Below, in pieces: positions 31,993 to 40,660 of a stretch of DNA of 55,124 bases. The notes under the pieces are model-generated. The model saw only the letters and a list, made by a program, of their open reading frames with translations, did no database searches and was not told where the DNA came from. The stretch lies in IMG/VR virus record IMGVR_UViG_3300021138_000034, positions 1 to 55,124 of that record; one strand, given 5' to 3'. Position 1 is the first letter of the stretch, and each line of letters opens with the position of its first letter. Position numbers and translations under genes: made by a program. Origin of the DNA: a virus (lineage: Duplodnaviria; Caudoviricetes).

Positions 31993-32199
31993 TTATTTAG
32001 CACTTCTCCTGTGTTCGATTAATGCTTCTGGCCCACCCATTTCAGCAATGAATTCTTCATTCGTGTGCTCTGCAGGTTCGGCTGTCAGCTCCGCACGTAG
32101 TGTATCAACATGTCCACGTCCTGCGCTAGCATTTGGAGCATAACCGAGGGCTTTGCCCATCTTGCCAAGGTCCCCAAATTGAAGCTTATTTGGCTTCAT
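31993..32199 (-). CDS. Small protein with MKPNKLQF N-terminus
   Basis: ORF track. Confidence 0.7.
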   Translation of the reverse strand: MKPNKLQFGDLGKMGKALGYAPNASAGRGHVDTLRAELTAEPAEHTNEEFIAEMGGPEALIEHRRSAK

Positions 32200-32408
32200 T
32201 AGTTACCTGCAGGATTAACCTTGGAACCGTCTTCGCTATTGATGAAGCCGTAGTTCCAGTATGGGTGCAAACCATCGCGGTTCTCTTTAACAATCTGATC
32301 GCCCATACCTGGGGCTGTATTGGTATTGGGGCGGCGCTTGCGGTATTTACCGTCTGTGGCACCCTCTAGTAGCTCTGCGTTGTTAGAACGCGCTTTACGA
32401 ACGGTCAT
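32199..32408 (-). CDS. Small hypothetical protein
   Basis: ORF track; coupled starts/stops. Confidence 0.7.
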   Translation of the reverse strand: MTVRKARSNNAELLEGATDGKYRKRRPNTNTAPGMGDQIVKENRDGLHPYWNYGFINSEDGSKVNPAGN

Positions 32409-32635
32409 GCCATTCCGCCTTTCACTCTCTTTTGTTGAGCTCTACGTGTGCAAGTAGTGCACTTGCCATCGCTGTGCATTGCTTCGACTGGTGTCATTAA
32501 GTAGCCACAGGCTTTGCAGCCTTTGGAACCGTTATACACAGTATGCTTTAAATATTGCTGTGTTTCAAGGCTAACGTCTTCTGCGCCAGCCATGCCATCA
32601 CCCGTTGAGTCAGTAAGCAAACCTGGGTCTTTCAT
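32405..32635 (-). CDS. Small CxxC/CxxC Zn-binding protein
   Basis: CKACG...CTTC. Confidence 0.7.
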   Translation of the reverse strand: MKDPGLLTDSTGDGMAGAEDVSLETQQYLKHTVYNGSKGCKACGYLMTPVEAMHSDGKCTTCTRRAQQKRVKGGMA

Positions 32636-32988
32636 ACTGAGTCTCCTAACGCGTTTCGACTGCTGGATTCCTGGGTATTTGGGGTCTGGCTATAGTCAGA
32701 CTCATTACGCTGAGGCTTTGGTGAGCCCGGATTCCTTAGCTCAATGATATCTCGTATGCCGTACTCCTCCGTGCTGTACCCGTATCTATCCGGAAATAAC
32801 TGGATTTGAGGAAGGTTAGGGCGTACATATTCTTGCAATTCTGGGCCAGTCATCAGGATGCTAGCGGTCGCTTGACCGATCAACTTTTGCTGATTGGTTG
32901 AATAAGGGCCAACATACTCCTGAGGAGGAATTGGCTGAGTAGTCCAAGGACGATGGTTGTAAACGCCATCTGCAAATTGACCGGCCAC
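32632..32988 (-). CDS. Hypothetical protein (118 aa)
   Basis: ORF track. Confidence 0.7.
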   Translation of the reverse strand: MAGQFADGVYNHRPWTTQPIPPQEYVGPYSTNQQKLIGQATASILMTGPELQEYVRPNLPQIQLFPDRYGYSTEEYGIRDIIELRNPGSPKPQRNESDYSQTPNTQESSSRNALGDSV

Positions 32989-32989
32989 T

Positions 32990-33523
32990 TTATCTCCAAC
33001 TTGGTTTCATGTTGTCGAATTGCTTTGAACGAATTTTGTTAAATTCAGCAACTCCGTTGGCGGTTATGTTTGCTTTACCATCATTTACTAGGTGAGGAGC
33101 TGGAACCAGCTCAGTCATTGGTCGGTTGCGCTTAACGGTCATAACGTTTCCGTTGCGAACTGCTCGAGCTTGACGCTCTAAGCCACGTTCTGGGCTCAAG
33201 CCGGATGGGTAATAATAACTAGAAGCGTCAATGCGCTCGCCTTTGTGGACACCGCGCTGATAAGGGCGTTGAGCTGTACGCTGCTTTAAGGAATCCAGTA
33301 CGCGATCAGATGTGCTTGACCGACGACCTTTATCGTCACGACGTGACCGGATAGTGCCCAGGTAACCATCAGGGTACTCAGCTTGAGGCTGACGACCTAC
33401 GCCAATGCGTAGTGAATCGAGCTCCGAGCGCGCGACTGGCGTACCACCTCCACCGTAATTGGTGTTGGTGCCATACATACCACCTGCGCCCAGGTTCTGT
33501 ATATTTTGGTGTGGTCCTGGCAT
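32990..33523 (-). CDS. Conserved phage protein (YPDGYLGT / YQRGVHKGERID motifs)
   Basis: ORF track; leaderless TACCAT-N6-ATG. Confidence 0.8.
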   Translation of the reverse strand: MPGPHQNIQNLGAGGMYGTNTNYGGGGTPVARSELDSLRIGVGRQPQAEYPDGYLGTIRSRRDDKGRRSSTSDRVLDSLKQRTAQRPYQRGVHKGERIDASSYYYPSGLSPERGLERQARAVRNGNVMTVKRNRPMTELVPAPHLVNDGKANITANGVAEFNKIRSKQFDNMKPSWR

Positions 33524-33527
33524 ACCT

Positions 33528-34727
33528 CTATGGTAGGCGGTTTTCTCCCGCTAGAACGCACAAATCACGACGAGGATCATAATCTTTACCGATAACTAAC
33601 GAAACTACGCCAGTTGGTGACTCTAAACCTTGTCGGTCGCGGAACCAAGCGCTTCCGCCATCCATAGTTGGAACTTGAATCCATAGGCGTGGACCGACCT
33701 GCTTTGCATGGAAATGGTGGTAATGCCCAGTAAGCAGAATGTCAGCTGAACCAACTGGTGTTTGACCTAATGCTTGTCCTTGCCACCACTTAGCTGCGTC
33801 CCTTGATTGGTGTCCGTGTGCGAGTCCAAGTACCACTCCGTCAATATCAATAGCAAGAGTGCTGTGGTCGCTAGAAGGATATCGAAATACAACATGCTTT
33901 AATTCCTCGCTTTCAGCACAGGCGTCCTGTACAGCCGACACTACCTCAATTTGCCAAGAATCGATAGGGTCAGTCATAACAATGCGATGCGGTTCATCGT
34001 GGTTGCCCGGCACTACCGGAACAATTAGCTCATCGCACAAAGGCGAAAAAGCTTTAATCCAAGCCATCAGTACTCGACGCCCAACGCGTACTTGTTGGGT
34101 AACTCCAAGATCACTGCGACCAATTACTCGTCCGCCTTGACTAGATGTTCCTTCAATACAATCGCCTAACTGAGGTAGTACAACAGTACCGATCTTGCGA
34201 CCCATCTTTAATAATTCTTTATGACGAGCTACTGACTCATCTAATCCTCGTAGCACCCGACGAATAATTTCCTCAGTGCCACCGCCTGCATCTTTACCGT
34301 ATTGAGTATCAGCTACCGCATAAATAGCGGTCAAAGGTCCTGTAGTAGTTTGGGCTTTAGAAGGCTTCCATTTATTAATCTCTTTAATTAATTCATAGTA
34401 ATCGGCATCGTTATGGCCGTTAATTAAATCAGCTGGTTTTATTGATACGCGAGCTGCTTCTAGCCATTCACCATCATAACGTTGCCAACGGCTTTTGCGA
34501 ACACTTACAACTTGCCATTGACTGGGGTCTAAACCAAAATCTTTAAATAGTTCTGAAGCGTCTTCTATATCACCGGCATTACGGGGCGTGGATACAAAAA
34601 ATCCACCTTGCTCATCAACCTCTAGTCGAGCGCGCCACTCTTGGGGCGTATTGGCTTTTTTAATATCTGATCCAGAATTAGATAGCTCTGCATCAATAAT
34701 TTTGCCTACTGTGGTCGACATGTGCAC
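33528..34727 (-). CDS. Calcineurin-like metallophosphoesterase (Mre11/SbcD-like)
   Basis: ADTQ, LGDCIEG, PGNHDE, AHGH, GHYHH motifs. Confidence 0.9.
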   Translation of the reverse strand: MHMSTTVGKIIDAELSNSGSDIKKANTPQEWRARLEVDEQGGFFVSTPRNAGDIEDASELFKDFGLDPSQWQVVSVRKSRWQRYDGEWLEAARVSIKPADLINGHNDADYYELIKEINKWKPSKAQTTTGPLTAIYAVADTQYGKDAGGGTEEIIRRVLRGLDESVARHKELLKMGRKIGTVVLPQLGDCIEGTSSQGGRVIGRSDLGVTQQVRVGRRVLMAWIKAFSPLCDELIVPVVPGNHDEPHRIVMTDPIDSWQIEVVSAVQDACAESEELKHVVFRYPSSDHSTLAIDIDGVVLGLAHGHQSRDAAKWWQGQALGQTPVGSADILLTGHYHHFHAKQVGPRLWIQVPTMDGGSAWFRDRQGLESPTGVVSLVIGKDYDPRRDLCVLAGENRLP

Positions 34728-34957
34728 CTGTCTCTAAAGTGTTGCCTAAAGGAAGTTAATTTGAAAGTAATCTCAACCTCGTCCCGGAGTCGGGTAAATA
34801 ACTTCGCAAGGTCAACTGATTGTGGAACATCGCGTTCCATTTGATGGATTTTTGCTACTTTGCTTTGTTCCTCGGAATTAAGTGTTTTTAGCCATTTTTG
34901 AACAACACACTCGAAGCCTTTGTTCGTCAAAACTTCGTCAAAGATATCATCGAGCAT
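34706..34957 (-). CDS. Small hypothetical protein (C...H...C.C)
   Basis: Leaderless TACGAT-N6-ATG. Confidence 0.7.
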   Translation of the reverse strand: MLDDIFDEVLTNKGFECVVQKWLKTLNSEEQSKVAKIHQMERDVPQSVDLAKLFTRLRDEVEITFKLTSFRQHFRDRCTCRPQ

Positions 34958-35006
34958 AAGTCAATCGTAGCACGGTACCTGTGGAAAAAGTAAGCATCAA
35001 CACGAC

Positions 35007-35050
35007 AAAAGAACAGCCCCCCGATTGCTAGGCAACCGAGGGGCTCTGAG
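35007..35050 (-). terminator. Intrinsic terminator
   Basis: AGCCCCTCGGTTGC...GCAATCGGGGGGCT-GTTCTTTT on the minus strand. Confidence 0.75.
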
Positions 35051-35060
35051 CGCGGGTTTG

Positions 35061-35384
35061 TTAGCGCGCTGTTTCGCTGTGGCCTGCACCGAAAGATGCG
35101 GCTTCAGCGTTCTTAGCACCGTGGATAATGCGGCCGTTAGCTTGTGTGTGGCCTGCTTCAGGTGCTGTCTGCTTCTGGAAGGTTGTCTTAATTCCGTAGC
35201 TAGGGCGATTAGACGCCTTAACTCCACCACGATGTTCTGTGCCACCTGTGGCTCCGCCTGAGGCAGTGTTCTTGCGCTTGACTGCTGTACCAGCTTCTGG
35301 CTTAGCTACACGCGCTTTTGGAGCACTACCAGCAGCTGTTGAAGTAGGAGCTAGTGGTGATGGGTTCTTAAATTCGTTCTTCAT
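35061..35384 (-). CDS. Basic Ala/Gly-rich protein
   Basis: AAAGGA RBS; followed by terminator. Confidence 0.7.
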   Translation of the reverse strand: MKNEFKNPSPLAPTSTAAGSAPKARVAKPEAGTAVKRKNTASGGATGGTEHRGGVKASNRPSYGIKTTFQKQTAPEAGHTQANGRIIHGAKNAEAASFGAGHSETAR

Positions 35385-35436
35385 ATGGATCCTTTGGCCT
35401 AAGGGTATTTATAAGGTTATAGTCTATTTACTATAT

Positions 35437-35709
35437 TTACAGGACAAACACGTGAAGGACAATGGCGGAAATGTCCCCGTCATGGCTCTCTACGCTGGCA
35501 AATCCGGGGATAACAGCAATTCTAAGACCTCGTGGGGCCACATAGCCTGAGGCAATAGCCACGGCCTTGATTGCCTGGTTAACCGCTCCGGCTCCAATGG
35601 CTCTTAGGTCTACCTCACGGGACTCATAAATAGCATGAGCAATAGCGGAGGCTACAGACTGAGGGTTTGAGCTAGCAGATACGCGTAACGGTTCATTCTT
35701 TTCTGACAT
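35437..35709 (-). CDS. spoVS: Stage V sporulation protein S (SpoVS) family protein
   Basis: LRVSASSNPQSVASAIA...AIGAGAVNQAIKAVAIA.GYVAP.G signature; ATG 35709 after AAGGA. Confidence 0.92.
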   Translation of the reverse strand: MSEKNEPLRVSASSNPQSVASAIAHAIYESREVDLRAIGAGAVNQAIKAVAIASGYVAPRGLRIAVIPGFASVESHDGDISAIVLHVFVL

Positions 35710-35782
35710 TTGGTGTTCCTTTGGTTTACGAGTAGTGGTTCTCCCTCGTAAAAGTATGCAGGCAAACGCCAAATAAAGGGGG

Positions 35783-35998
35783 CTAAACGGGCTTATCTAG
35801 GGGAGTTGGGGCGGTTGCGTACGACCCGCAAATTGCGCACTCCATTTGAAGCATATATTGGGATATTTCGTAGTCATCAAAACTTACTTTTAATAGCCAA
35901 AGGTTGCTTTCACACTTAGGGCACTCATGGCATATTTGATCGGCATAGTCCATAGTGCCCGTGTAGTCCGGCTTTAATTCCCGGATGCTTTTAGCCAT
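35783..35998 (-). CDS. Zn-ribbon protein
   Basis: CPKC...CAICGS.ATAPTP.D; TACACT-N6-ATG. Confidence 0.75.
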   Translation of the reverse strand: MAKSIRELKPDYTGTMDYADQICHECPKCESNLWLLKVSFDDYEISQYMLQMECAICGSYATAPTPLDKPV

Positions 35999-35999
35999 G

Positions 36000-36251
36000 C
36001 TAAAAGTGTACTTGAATCCTAGCGGCGATTTCCGCAAAATTCCAAGTTTGAATAAACAAATCTTCTGGGTGGTGAAGCGCGTCTTCTTGAGGAAAAGCGC
36101 TGCGCAGGTGGTCCAAAAGCGTTAACGAAAACCTATCAACAAACTCTTCAGTGGTCATGTACCCACGGCTAAGCAGCTCTTCTTCAGAAACGCTCCACGT
36201 TGTCTGTTCGATTTGCTTTTGGTTCTTCTTGAAACCTTTTTTCTTGCTCAT
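36000..36251 (-). CDS. Hypothetical protein
   Basis: ORF track. Confidence 0.65.
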   Translation of the reverse strand: MSKKKGFKKNQKQIEQTTWSVSEEELLSRGYMTTEEFVDRFSLTLLDHLRSAFPQEDALHHPEDLFIQTWNFAEIAARIQVHF

Positions 36252-36388
36252 TCTTTCGCTCCAATACTTTGACGGGATCGGCAGGGACTAGGGTTGTGGT
36301 GCATTTAAAACAATCAAACTCGCTGTTCTCAGGAATATTGTTTAGTAAAATAGTTACTACGTTTCCGCAATTAGGGCATTCAAATAAA

Positions 36389-36742
36389 TTACTCATTTTT
36401 AGGTTCTCCGTATCCAGCTTCTCTAAGCAGGTTAACAAAGTCCTCTAAACGAAGCAGGGTAACCCACTCTGTAATTGACTGTTCCCCTTGCCCGTTTAAT
36501 CTAAGTACAGCTACAGGCAAGTCTTTACCGTTATGGCGCTCTTTTAACTGTTTAATAACAGCACCGGGACTAAAATCTTTACGCGCTTTTACTTCCCAAT
36601 CAATACCGACAGTGCCGGTAACATCTGTCCCGGAACGCCCAGCACCGGTGCTTTCAGCATAAGGAAAACCATTTTTAGCTAAGTACTCAGCGACCACTTT
36701 TTGCGATCGGTACCCTCTATGTTTGCGGGATTGACTAGGCAT
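36389..36742 (-). CDS. Holliday-junction-resolvase-like PD-(D/E)XK nuclease
   Basis: RG...Q..VAEYL...G...D...WEVKAR. Confidence 0.8.
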   Translation of the reverse strand: MPSQSRKHRGYRSQKVVAEYLAKNGFPYAESTGAGRSGTDVTGTVGIDWEVKARKDFSPGAVIKQLKERHNGKDLPVAVLRLNGQGEQSITEWVTLLRLEDFVNLLREAGYGEPKNE

Positions 36743-37242
36743 TAAGGCATGAACCTTCTACTTCTAGAGTCCAGAGTATGTGTGCTCTGACGACGGCTCA
36801 GCTCTCGGCTAGTAAAGCTAGCCAGGCTGGAAGCGTTGTCCCGCATCTGCTTAATCAAAGTTAAGTAACTCTCTTTAACAAGTACTTCATCCTCTGCATG
36901 AGCAAGGTCCTCATCTTGAGCCATGTATGCCTTTACAAGGGTCGAAGTTGCCTTTGGAAGGGTCTCTGAATAGTGAACATATAAAGCTGACTCTTTTCGC
37001 TTAAAAGCGGTCTCAAGGTGCTTTAAATCAATTTCAGCACAGGCTACCTGTGAAGCTAAAAAGGTACCGTAAGCGGTCAACTTTCCAAAAATTTCCATAA
37101 GCTCAGTGTCATCTACCAAAGTAATATCTGATGGGATTGACGGAGCTTCGTACTCGATGTTGGTCACTACAGGGAACCCTTGACCGCGAAGGGTGTCTAG
37201 TTGCGTCTTGCTGACGCCCGCATTAATTGATAAAGATGCCAT
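36742..37242 (-). CDS. Helical protein, possibly a UvsY-like recombination mediator
   Basis: Coiled-coil with T...KAY...D.D pattern; sits in the recombination block. Confidence 0.45.
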   Translation of the reverse strand: MASLSINAGVSKTQLDTLRGQGFPVVTNIEYEAPSIPSDITLVDDTELMEIFGKLTAYGTFLASQVACAEIDLKHLETAFKRKESALYVHYSETLPKATSTLVKAYMAQDEDLAHAEDEVLVKESYLTLIKQMRDNASSLASFTSRELSRRQSTHTLDSRSRRFMP

Positions 37243-38104
37243 CAGTTGACTCCTCGTATTGAATGCACTTATTGCACTTTAACTCACCGGCAATGTTACA
37301 CAAAGGCGGCTCGTTGTCGTCCAATGCTTTGACAATCATAGCAGCAGCTTCAAACACTGGGTTGACCTTGAAGTCGCTTTTACGAACTACAAATTCCTTA
37401 ACCTCATGCAAAGCTTTGGCTTCATACAGGAATAAGATTTCTTTTGGAAAATCTTTTAATCCCATAAGTTCGCCAAGCTTTAAGTAAATCTGAGCCTGAG
37501 TAACATGCTCTTCGAACGGTTGTTCTAGGGCTTTCCAAGCTTTAGCAAAATCTTGATCGTTTTCTCGCAGTAGCTGAGGGGCGTACCATCGGAAGCTGCC
37601 TTCACCAATCGACTTAATTTCTAAAAGTAAAGGTTCCTCAAACTCAACTAACCAACCGTCGGCATTTCCACTGATCATCAATGGGTCCCACTTTAAAGGA
37701 ACCTCGTTGTATTCAAGATTGCAGTAGCTAGCAATGATGTGGTCTTCTGGTAAACCAAACCACTCTTCTTGACAAGCGTGGCAAAACCACACGCCCTTCA
37801 AAACATTCATCTCTTTAAACCAAGTTTGCCAGGTGCTATGAATAGCGTGGCCCATAGAAAAAGTAAGTTGGGTCTTTAAGGTGTAGCCTTCATCTTTAGG
37901 TTTTTTACCTTTCATTAACCAATACTGTTCGCGGTGGCACCAATCTTTGGATGACATGGCCGACGGGTGCATAACCTGCATGTTGCGATGATTAGGCTTA
38001 TTAAGCAAATACTTTTCTACATGCTTAATTACTCGAGTATTGGATTTATTTGCGGCCAGCAGCTTTTTCAGCGCTCCGCTCGGCTTTACTGTTTGCTTCT
38101 TCAA
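37223..38104 (-). CDS. Cas4-like/RecB-family PD-(D/E)XK exonuclease
   Basis: HPS...C.R, GHAIH, GNADG, LEIKS, QAQIY, terminal C...CxxC. Confidence 0.85.
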   Translation of the reverse strand: MKKQTVKPSGALKKLLAANKSNTRVIKHVEKYLLNKPNHRNMQVMHPSAMSSKDWCHREQYWLMKGKKPKDEGYTLKTQLTFSMGHAIHSTWQTWFKEMNVLKGVWFCHACQEEWFGLPEDHIIASYCNLEYNEVPLKWDPLMISGNADGWLVEFEEPLLLEIKSIGEGSFRWYAPQLLRENDQDFAKAWKALEQPFEEHVTQAQIYLKLGELMGLKDFPKEILFLYEAKALHEVKEFVVRKSDFKVNPVFEAAAMIVKALDDNEPPLCNIAGELKCNKCIQYEESTDGIFIN

Positions 38105-38408
38105 TTACCCAATCCTCCAGAGTCTTGCCATTCTTAGCCGCTTTGCGTTTCAAGGCATTTCTTTCTCGGTGGCTCAATCCACCCCAGATACCATGCTCTT
38201 CGCTGCGCTCTTCCGCGTATAGGAGGCACTGTACACGAACTGAACACTCAGGTAAACCATCTCGGCCAAAACATACGGCTTTAGCCTGAGCTGCTATTAG
38301 TCTGTACTTGGACTTGTCTCTTGGGGGAAACCAAAGCTCGGTATCTTGCCCACGGCATTTGGACTGGTAACGCCACTTTTCTGGTCCTTCGTCTTCGAAC
38401 ACGTACAC
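38046..38408 (-). CDS. whiB: WhiB-family transcription factor
   Basis: W...KC...FP...AKAVC...C.VR.QCL.YA...HGIWGGLS.RER. Confidence 0.95.
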   Translation of the reverse strand: MYVFEDEGPEKWRYQSKCRGQDTELWFPPRDKSKYRLIAAQAKAVCFGRDGLPECSVRVQCLLYAEERSEEHGIWGGLSHRERNALKRKAAKNGKTLEDWVIEEANSKAERSAEKAAGRK

Positions 38409-38722
38409 TCCTGGAGGTAGTGGCGCATTTCCAAAAAGTCGTCTTCTTGCAACATCACATAGTCCGCACCGTTGAGGTGGAACCCTAGGACGGGCATGCG
38501 GGAAACCGTTATGGCTTCTTTAACGATCTTCTCTAGAACTGCTGCCTTGATGGTCACGGTAGCTTTGCCGGTCCACTTATGCTCGATTAGCAAATCGTCT
38601 GACCTAACATCGCCTTTTGCGCTCCAGAAAGCCCCACTTGCGACCTGACGTCGCCCTCCAACTTTCTTTGCGAGCCGATCTTCATGTTTCCTCGACTCTA
38701 TTTGTCCTTTACTCCTCGTCAT
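38297..38722 (-). CDS. Second resolvase-like PD-(D/E)XK nuclease
   Basis: HE.RLAK..GG....ASGA....KGDV.....IEHK.T. Confidence 0.8.
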   Translation of the reverse strand: MTRSKGQIESRKHEDRLAKKVGGRRQVASGAFWSAKGDVRSDDLLIEHKWTGKATVTIKAAVLEKIVKEAITVSRMPVLGFHLNGADYVMLQEDDFLEMRHYLQECTCSKTKDQKSGVTSPNAVGKIPSFGFPQETSPSTD

Positions 38723-39773
38723 CTGTTACCGAAACTCCGATACCAGCCCTAACGACGTCTAGAACATCCCTCTCCAAAGTTTCACGCAAGTCAATTTCCT
38801 CTTTAATGGAAACGACCATGGCATCCGCACCCAACCACTTACGCTCTCGGTAGTTGTAGTATGCCCCTCCACGACGAATAATGCCGTTAAGGATACCTAG
38901 GGCAACAATCTCTTTAGCGAAATCAAATTCGCCTTTAGCAATGGAACCGCCATCACGAAAGTAAAAGTCAACATATGCCACCATTGAAGGTGGGGCTGAC
39001 TTGTTCTTTAAAACTCGAGCTTTAATTGTTTGGCCTACACGAGTTGGATCGCTCTTTGTGCCAACCTCAATCCAACCATCGCGCTTAATCTCTAAGCGAG
39101 TGAAATACCCATAATCTTTACCTTGGCCACCGGGTGTTGTGCGTGGGTCTCCATACATAACACCAATCTTTGAACGCCATTGATTAATAATAATTCCGAC
39201 AAAAGGGCGCTCTGTTTCAGTCAACGAACGTTTTGACGCTAATCCGACCTTACGGAAAAACGTATTAGTAAGTAGCGCGCCACGTCCAACAGTGAACTCG
39301 CCCATTTCCTTTTCGTCTTCTGCCCCTGGAACTAAAGCAGGAAGCGAATCAAGAACAATGCAGTCCACTTCTTTAGTTGCAGTAAGTCGAATAACAGCTT
39401 CGTAAGCTTCTTCCATAATGTTGGTGTCAATTACATAAACGCGGGAAGCGTCTACGCCACACATCTCTGCATATTCAGGTACCCATTGCTCGGCAGCTAC
39501 CCAGACAGTTGTAAAATCAGGATCAAGCTTTTGATTAGCTGCAATAGTTTTTAGTGCAACAGCGGTCTTACCGTTGCTGGCTTCACCAATAATTTCATTC
39601 CATTGGTTAGTTGGCCATCCGCCACCTAAAACAACATCTAAAGCCAGTGAACCAGTAGTAATACGGCCCATCAAATCTTTTCGAATGTCACTACCAAGAA
39701 CGATGCTGCCTTCGCCCATCTTCTTGTTAAGGTCGCTAATAGTCTTGTCAAACCCAAATGATTTTTTCGCCAT
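38709..39773 (-). CDS. recA: RecA recombinase
   Basis: TGSLALD..LGGG.P, GEASNGKT, LDSL.ALVP, INQ.R.KIGVMYGDP.TTPGG; leaderless TAGTAT-N6-ATG. Confidence 0.97.
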   Translation of the reverse strand: MAKKSFGFDKTISDLNKKMGEGSIVLGSDIRKDLMGRITTGSLALDVVLGGGWPTNQWNEIIGEASNGKTAVALKTIAANQKLDPDFTTVWVAAEQWVPEYAEMCGVDASRVYVIDTNIMEEAYEAVIRLTATKEVDCIVLDSLPALVPGAEDEKEMGEFTVGRGALLTNTFFRKVGLASKRSLTETERPFVGIIINQWRSKIGVMYGDPRTTPGGQGKDYGYFTRLEIKRDGWIEVGTKSDPTRVGQTIKARVLKNKSAPPSMVAYVDFYFRDGGSIAKGEFDFAKEIVALGILNGIIRRGGAYYNYRERKWLGADAMVVSIKEEIDLRETLERDVLDVVRAGIGVSVTDDEE

Positions 39774-39789
39774 AGCAGGATACTAGCAC

Positions 39790-40221
39790 CTAAATATGGC
39801 CGATGATAACTCCCGGATTCCATCCGCCTGTAGGCACCTGAACAGCTGCTTTTGTAGGCCCTTGGGAAGAACCAGCGCCTCTAATTCCCGACATTCCGCT
39901 GCCGGCTTGAACTAGGGGGTATCCGCAATCGTAACAACGCTTTGCTTCTACTGATCCGTTTTGAGTCGCAATGCTTCCAACAGTGGCGTAATTATTTCCT
40001 CTACACCCTGGGCAACTTGTGTCAGTTCTTGAACTCTGAGGAATAAGTCTTCCGTCTAACTGATTTGGCACAGCCTGCGTCATAGGTTGCATAGCTGCAG
40101 GGTTGTTAAGCGGAGGATAAGGCGATTGATATTGCTGGGGTGGGGTTGGTTGTTGGAACTGTGGGGTCGCTGGAGCAGCTTGACCACCAAGTTTCTGAGC
40201 CCACCAATTATTGCTGCTCAA
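39790..40221 (-). CDS. Pro/Gln-rich Zn-ribbon protein
   Basis: CPGC..NY...RCYDCGYP. Confidence 0.75.
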   Translation of the reverse strand: MSSNNWWAQKLGGQAAPATPQFQQPTPPQQYQSPYPPLNNPAAMQPMTQAVPNQLDGRLIPQSSRTDTSCPGCRGNNYATVGSIATQNGSVEAKRCYDCGYPLVQAGSGMSGIRGAGSSQGPTKAAVQVPTGGWNPGVIIGHI

Positions 40222-40660
40222 CTAGGTATCCTTCCAGTGCGTCTGTGGTTAACAGGCCTAACTCTACACCTGATGACAAGGCGGAAAGGATGGCAGAAAA
40301 CCCGATGTTTGAATACATCTCTTCGACCCGTTCGGTCTCAGACTCGATCTGCTCGTCAGGGATAATCCCAAGCCCTCTAATCTCTTCCATCTGAAGGCTG
40401 GCTACGGCTTTGGCGTTTATATTCGCAACCACAGTGGCAAAAGCAAACAATGGAGCAACTTTAGTTACGCGACGAGCGCTGTCCAAAGACTCTTGGGCCT
40501 TTCCCTCTTCACTTACTGGAAGTAGGTTTAAAACCTTAGCAACCGCATTTGGGTCGTTTAGGGCAGCATCATAGGAATACCAACGAGCCAAGGTGTTTAG
40601 ATGAACCTCAGTCTTAATGGTTTCAATAGTTTGCGGTTTCCGTTTACGGAACCAACTCAT
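40208..40660 (-). CDS. Hypothetical protein (150 aa)
   Basis: ORF track; coupled to polA. Confidence 0.75.
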   Translation of the reverse strand: MSWFRKRKPQTIETIKTEVHLNTLARWYSYDAALNDPNAVAKVLNLLPVSEEGKAQESLDSARRVTKVAPLFAFATVVANINAKAVASLQMEEIRGLGIIPDEQIESETERVEEMYSNIGFSAILSALSSGVELGLLTTDALEGYLVEQQ

